Shown: positions 60,003-64,000 of the stretch, piece by piece
How positions within the stretch are numbered: position 1 is the stretch's first letter
How the letters are laid out: every line of letters begins with the position of its first letter
Assembly (NCBI GenBank): GCA_963725665.1
Contig: CAVRZA010000011.1
Coordinates: 96,001-160,000 of the forward strand
Source of the DNA: an uncultured Actinomycetes bacterium
GTDB lineage: Bacteria > Actinomycetota > Thermoleophilia > UBA2241
Reading direction: 5' to 3'
Length of the DNA stretch: 64,000 bases
Made by a program: the position numbers and the translations under genes
Notes under the pieces: generated by a model
Told to the model about the DNA's origin: nothing
Seen by the model: the letters and a program-made list of their open reading frames with translations, nothing else
Database searches by the model: none

Positions 60003-61346
60003 ATGAAGTGCGCCATGGCGCTCGTGATCCTGGTGTTGAGCGGCGTTGTCGGAGCGACGTTCGCCGGCCCCGCGTTCGCCTCACACCAGCAGGCGCTCCT
60101 CCTCCCGAGGATCACGCACGCTGGCGACGAGAGCGGAGCCGTGGTCCCGCATGGGATCACTGCGCTTGCGGCGCAGGGCGGCGCCGGCGCCGTCAACGGC
60201 ACGGTGTACGCGTTCGACGGCAGTCGAATCGAGGCGGCACAAGTCTACGCCGGCTGGCGCGAGGGCGACTCCTCTACTTTCCTTGATCCGGTGTCGACCG
60301 ACGCCTCGGGGTTCTACTCGGTGACCGGCGTGCCGGCCACGAGCCTCGGCGTCGTCCAGGCTACGCTCGCGTCGGATGATTACTTCCTCAGGAAGGGCCT
60401 GACCTTCGCAGACCCCGGACCGAGCACCTTCGACCTGCGCCCAGGGACGATTGGCTTCACCACGACGCGCGTGACGAGCGGCTGGGGCACCTGGACCTCC
60501 CTGGCCGTCTACACGGCGGGCAGCGAGGGCGAGGCACGAACGATCTCGACCGCCGGCGTGAACGGCAGCGCCTGGGCCATGGCGCCTGACGTGAGCTACG
60601 CAGTCGCCTACTACTGGTCGAACGAAGCGGCGGAGTACCGCTTCCCCTCTGCCGCGTCGGTGACGCCCGGGGCCGACGCGGGGGTCACGGCCGCCTTCAA
60701 GGAAGGTTCCGCCTTCAGGATGTGGATCGCCAAGCCGTACTGGTGGTCGGGCAAGCCCGGCAGCTCGCTCGAGCTGCACTACTCGGGCTGGCCGGCAGGC
60801 ACGGCGGCGCGCTTCCTCGGTGCGCCGGGCTATCCGCCCAGTGCGACAGCCACCACCTTCGGTGGCAAGCACCTTACGTCGGCGGGGACTAAGGAGACCG
60901 TGACCAAGGTCACGGTGCCCAGCACGGTCAAGCCGGGATACGCCTACACGGTGGAGATGTACCGCCCCGAGAACCCGGTCTGGATCGACCTCTCGGTCCG
61001 CTTTCAGGTCTGCACCCTCAACCCCAGCCACACCTCGGTGCGCAGCGGCGCAGCGGTGAAGCTCAGCGGCGTGGTCCCCGTCTCAGGCCACGCAGGCACC
61101 CAGCCGGGCGCTCCCGTCACGGTGACCATCTACCGGCGCACGACTGCCGCCAGCAGCCCGCCCACGGCATGGGATGCGACGACGCGCGGCTGGCGCAAGG
61201 TCGGCTCCTTCGCGACGACTGGTCTCGGCGCCTTCCACACCGGCTATCTGCACCCCACGCGCACCACGTGGTACGTCGCGCGCTACACGGCGCGCCCGCC
61301 TTATCTGAGGGCCTACACCTCGGTACGCAAGGTGACCGTGTACTGA
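60003..61346 (+). CDS. Secreted beta-rich hypothetical protein (carboxypeptidase-regulatory/Ig-like domains)
   Basis: GGAGGT RBS, signal peptide ending AFA-S, VNGTVY...TDASGFYSVTGV; Thr/Tyr/Trp-rich. Confidence 0.75.
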   Translation: MKCAMALVILVLSGVVGATFAGPAFASHQQALLLPRITHAGDESGAVVPHGITALAAQGGAGAVNGTVYAFDGSRIEAAQVYAGWREGDSSTFLDPVSTDASGFYSVTGVPATSLGVVQATLASDDYFLRKGLTFADPGPSTFDLRPGTIGFTTTRVTSGWGTWTSLAVYTAGSEGEARTISTAGVNGSAWAMAPDVSYAVAYYWSNEAAEYRFPSAASVTPGADAGVTAAFKEGSAFRMWIAKPYWWSGKPGSSLELHYSGWPAGTAARFLGAPGYPPSATATTFGGKHLTSAGTKETVTKVTVPSTVKPGYAYTVEMYRPENPVWIDLSVRFQVCTLNPSHTSVRSGAAVKLSGVVPVSGHAGTQPGAPVTVTIYRRTTAASSPPTAWDATTRGWRKVGSFATTGLGAFHTGYLHPTRTTWYVARYTARPPYLRAYTSVRKVTVY

Positions 61347-61456
61347 GCCCTCTCGCGCCTCACGCTAGCTACTCCGTTGACGGCGCGCTGAGTCCTGTCT
61401 CGCGCGCCTCGCGGGTCTCTGCGGACCCGCGAGGCGCGCGCGTTCAGGCGACGCCC

Positions 61457-61501
61457 AAGGCGGGGGCGGCGCCGGCCCGCGGCCGGCGCCGCCCCCGCCT
61501 T
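61457..61501. terminator. 21-bp-arm GC hairpin upstream of the hdr promoter
   Basis: AAGGCGGGGGCGGCGCCGGCC-CGC-GGCCGGCGCCGCCCCCGCCTT. Confidence 0.7.
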
Positions 61502-61513
61502 ATGCCTTCCCGC

Positions 61514-61565
61514 CCTATCATAATAGGATTTTATTTGAGTTATAACTCCCGATTATCGATACTAC
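61514..61565. promoter_or_regulatory. AT-rich promoter/operator region of the hdr-like operon
   Basis: Dyads CCTAT-N4-ATAGG (61514-61527) and GAGTTATAACTC (61537-61548). Confidence 0.55.
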
Positions 61566-61599
61566 CCTCTTGGACAACGCCCGATGCAAGGGGAAGGCC

Positions 61600-62575
61600 A
61601 TGGCGACCACGACTCCCGACATCCCGCGCGTCACCGGCGGGGTGCTGCTCTTCAGAAGCTGTCTCATATCGGCCGAGTATCCCGGCGTCGAGGCGGCGAC
61701 GAAGTACCTCTTCGAGCGCTTCGACATCGAGTACACGGTGCACCCTGAGCAGACGTGCTGTACCGGGCTCGGCTACTACTCCGACCTGATGCCCTTCGCC
61801 ACCACGGCCGCCATGGCGGCCCGCAACGCCTGCGTCGCCGTCGAGGACGGGCACCCCGTGATGAGCTACCTGTGCTCGACCTGCTACGCCATCAACAAGA
61901 AGGCGCACAAGGTCCTCGAGGTCCCCAAGCACCGCGAGGCGACCAACCGCGTGCTGGCCGAGATCGACCGCGCCTACGACGACCGCGTCGCCGGCCGCCA
62001 TCGATCACCGCCACACCCTCGAGATCCTCTGGAGCGCGCACGAGTCGATGCCGCAGCTGATCCGGCGCCGGCTCGAAGGCGTCAAGGTCGCCACCCACCC
62101 CGCCTGCCACTACTGCAAGGTCTTCCCCGACGACGTGGTCGGCGACGCCGAGAACTTCATGATCCCCGAGGACCTGCTGGAGCCGGCCGGTGTCGTGTCG
62201 ACCGGCTACTACAACGAGAAGACGACCCACTGCGGCGCCGGCTTTCGCCAGCGCTTCGTCAACCCGCAGATCTCGGTCGCGGTGACGCAGCAGAAGCTGC
62301 GCCGGCTGACCGAGCTCGGCGTCGACGTGCTGGTGCACATGTGCCCCAACTGCGCCGTGCAGTTCGACCGCTTCCACGACATCATCAGCGAGGGCTCGGG
62401 CGAGGAGTACCCCTTCGTGCACCTGCACGTGCAGCAGCTCCTGGCACTGGCGCTGGGCGCCGACGCCGACGGCGTGTGCGGCGTCGCCTCTCACTCGCAG
62501 AACGTCGAGCCCTTCCTCGAGCGCATCGGGGCTCGCGAGAAGGTCGCGGTGGCGATGAGTGGGGGTCCGCGATGA
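61600..62575 (+). CDS. hdrB: Heterodisulfide reductase subunit B-like CCG protein (frameshift near 61995)
   Basis: SC..YPGVE, QTCCTG, CSTC; HPACH, HCGAG, CPNC, QFD. Confidence 0.82.
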
Positions 62576-64000
62576 GGTGCGGCGTCTTCCTCTGCGAGTG
62601 CGGCGGCAACATCTCGGGCGTGCTCGACCTCGAGGCGCTCAGCGAGACTGCAAAGGGCGGCGACGGCGTCGTCGCCGTCGCCGTCAAGCAGTTCATGTGC
62701 GGTACCGAGGGGCGGCGCGCCATCGAGGAGGCCGTCGAGGAACGCGGCCTCGACCACCTCGTCATCGGCTCCTGCTCGCGGCGCTTCCAGGGTCCCACCT
62801 TCGAGCGCGTCGCGCGCGAGCTGCGCCTGGGTGAGAACGCGGTCAGCTTCGCCAACCTGCGCGAAGGGTGTTCGTTCATCCACCGGGACGACCCCCCGGC
62901 GGCGCAGAAGAAGGCGGAGAAGATCCTCGCGGCGGCGGTCAACCGCGCCGCCTGTCAGAGCGACCTGCCGCGGCAACGCACCTTCCTGCACCGCTCGGCG
63001 CTGGTCGTCGGCGGCGGCATCGCCGGCATGAGCGCGGCAGAGGAGCTGGCCGAGGCCGGCATCGAGGTGCACCTGGTCGAGCGCCAGCAGAGCCTGGGTG
63101 GCTACATGGCCCGCCTCTCGAAGACCTTCCCGACCGAGGACTGCGCGATGTGCTCGCTGGCGCCACGGCTCACCAACGCCGCCACCGACTCGCGCATCCA
63201 CATCCACACGCTCTCCGAGGTCACGGGCATCAGCGGGCCTCCCGGTGAGTTCAGGGTCACGATCAAGACCAAGCCGAGCTACGTGACCGAGAAGTGCGTC
63301 GGCTGCGGCGAGTGCGTGCCGGTTTGCCCGGTCAAGGTGAAGAGCGAGTTCGACTTCGGCGTCGTCGAGCGCACGGCCATCTCGCGTCCGTTCGCCAACG
63401 CCGTGCCGGCCACGTTCGCCATCGACAAGAAGGGCTGGGCGCCCTGCAAGAGCGCCTGCCCCGTGCACACCTCCGCCCAGGGATACACGGCCCTCGTCGG
63501 CCGCCGGCCGCTTCGAGGAGGCCTTTCGCGTCGCCAGTGAGCCCAATCCCTTCCCGGGCGTCTGCGGGCGCATCTGCACCCACGTGTGCGAGACGCAGTG
63601 CACGCGCGGTCAGGTCGAGGCGCCGATCGCGATCGCCGGCATCAAGCGCTTCATCGCCGACAACGCGGCGCCGGGCGAGCTCCCGCAGCGGCTGCCGCCC
63701 GTCTACGACGAGAAGGTCGCCATCGTCGGCGCCGGTCCCGCCGGCCTGGCGGCGGCGCGCGAGCTGGCGCGCTTCGGCTACGCGGCGCGTGTGTTCGAGG
63801 CGCTACCTAGGCCAGGCGGCATGCTGCGCTACGGCATCCCCGAGTACCGCCTGCCCGAGGCCGTGCTCGATCGCGACATCGAGCGCATCCTCGCCCTCGG
63901 CGTCGAGCTCGAGACGGGCAGGCGCTGCGGCGAGGACTTCACGGTCGACTCGCTGTTCGCCGGCGGCTACAAGGCCGTCTTCCTGGGAGTGGGACTGCAC
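62572..64000 (+). CDS. hdrA: HdrA-like flavoprotein with inserted GltD/NfnB-like NAD(P)H module (HdrL-type); partial, frameshift near 63499
   Basis: GVFLCECGGNI, ANLREGCS, VGGGIAG, KTFPTEDCAMC, CVGCGECVPVCP, APCKSACP, CGRICTHVCETQC, GAGPAGL, GGMLRYGIPEYRL. Confidence 0.88.

Noticed and set aside
13990-63500. Many frameshifted genes (anti-sigma, serine hydrolase, oppA, DUF362, Fe-S protein, cysH, REC-TrxB, rlmKL, hdrB, hdrA) as pseudogenes or programmed frameshifts
   Set aside because: They are single-base indels, mostly in G/C-rich context, with no accumulated nonsense codons or slippery heptamers, and are spread over unrelated genes. Uncorrected long-read error is the simplest explanation.
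63808-63810. TAG in the hdrA region as a pyrrolysine codon
   Set aside because: It is out of frame; the coding frame reads GCG-CTA-CCT-AGG (ALPR) before PGGMLRYGIP.

Overview
Very GC-rich bacterial chromosomal segment. Gene content, leaderless-type promoters and secreted Ig-like proteins suggest an anaerobic or facultative actinobacterium such as Thermoleophilia; that taxonomy is inference only. About 60 genes are present, mostly housekeeping and redox: a GAF-GGDEF cyclase, Rrf2-metY-metX-metW, murB, an ECF sigma/anti-sigma pair, fabI, a b6f-type Rieske/split cytochrome b/diheme cytochrome c operon, an oligopeptide ABC transporter next to a dipeptide epimerase, mmsA, a DUF362/Fe-S/ferritin/Crp cluster, APS reductase-TauE, rlmKL, recQ, hemE-hemH-hemY and the start of an hdrB-hdrA(L)-like operon. 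At least 12 genes carry single-base frameshifts, most simply explained as long-read assembly errors. Highlights that the ORF track misses or fragments: (1) a three-gene putative RiPP system made of a small Cys-rich protein, a radical SAM/SPASM enzyme with an RRE-like N-terminus, and a 21-aa precursor MKIKKVARGKAALHCKCSSSC followed by a terminator; (2) two tandem Bcp/PrxQ peroxiredoxins, each with an in-frame TGA at the catalytic position (codon 43) and an identical SECIS-like hairpin, i.e. selenoproteins; (3) a perfect 58-bp palindrome lying in-frame inside an Fe-S protein gene, related to intergenic GC palindromes; (4) a possible 6S-like structured RNA; (5) candidate non-canonical (ACG/ATA) starts and several leaderless starts. 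No CRISPR array, tRNA, rRNA or transposase was seen.
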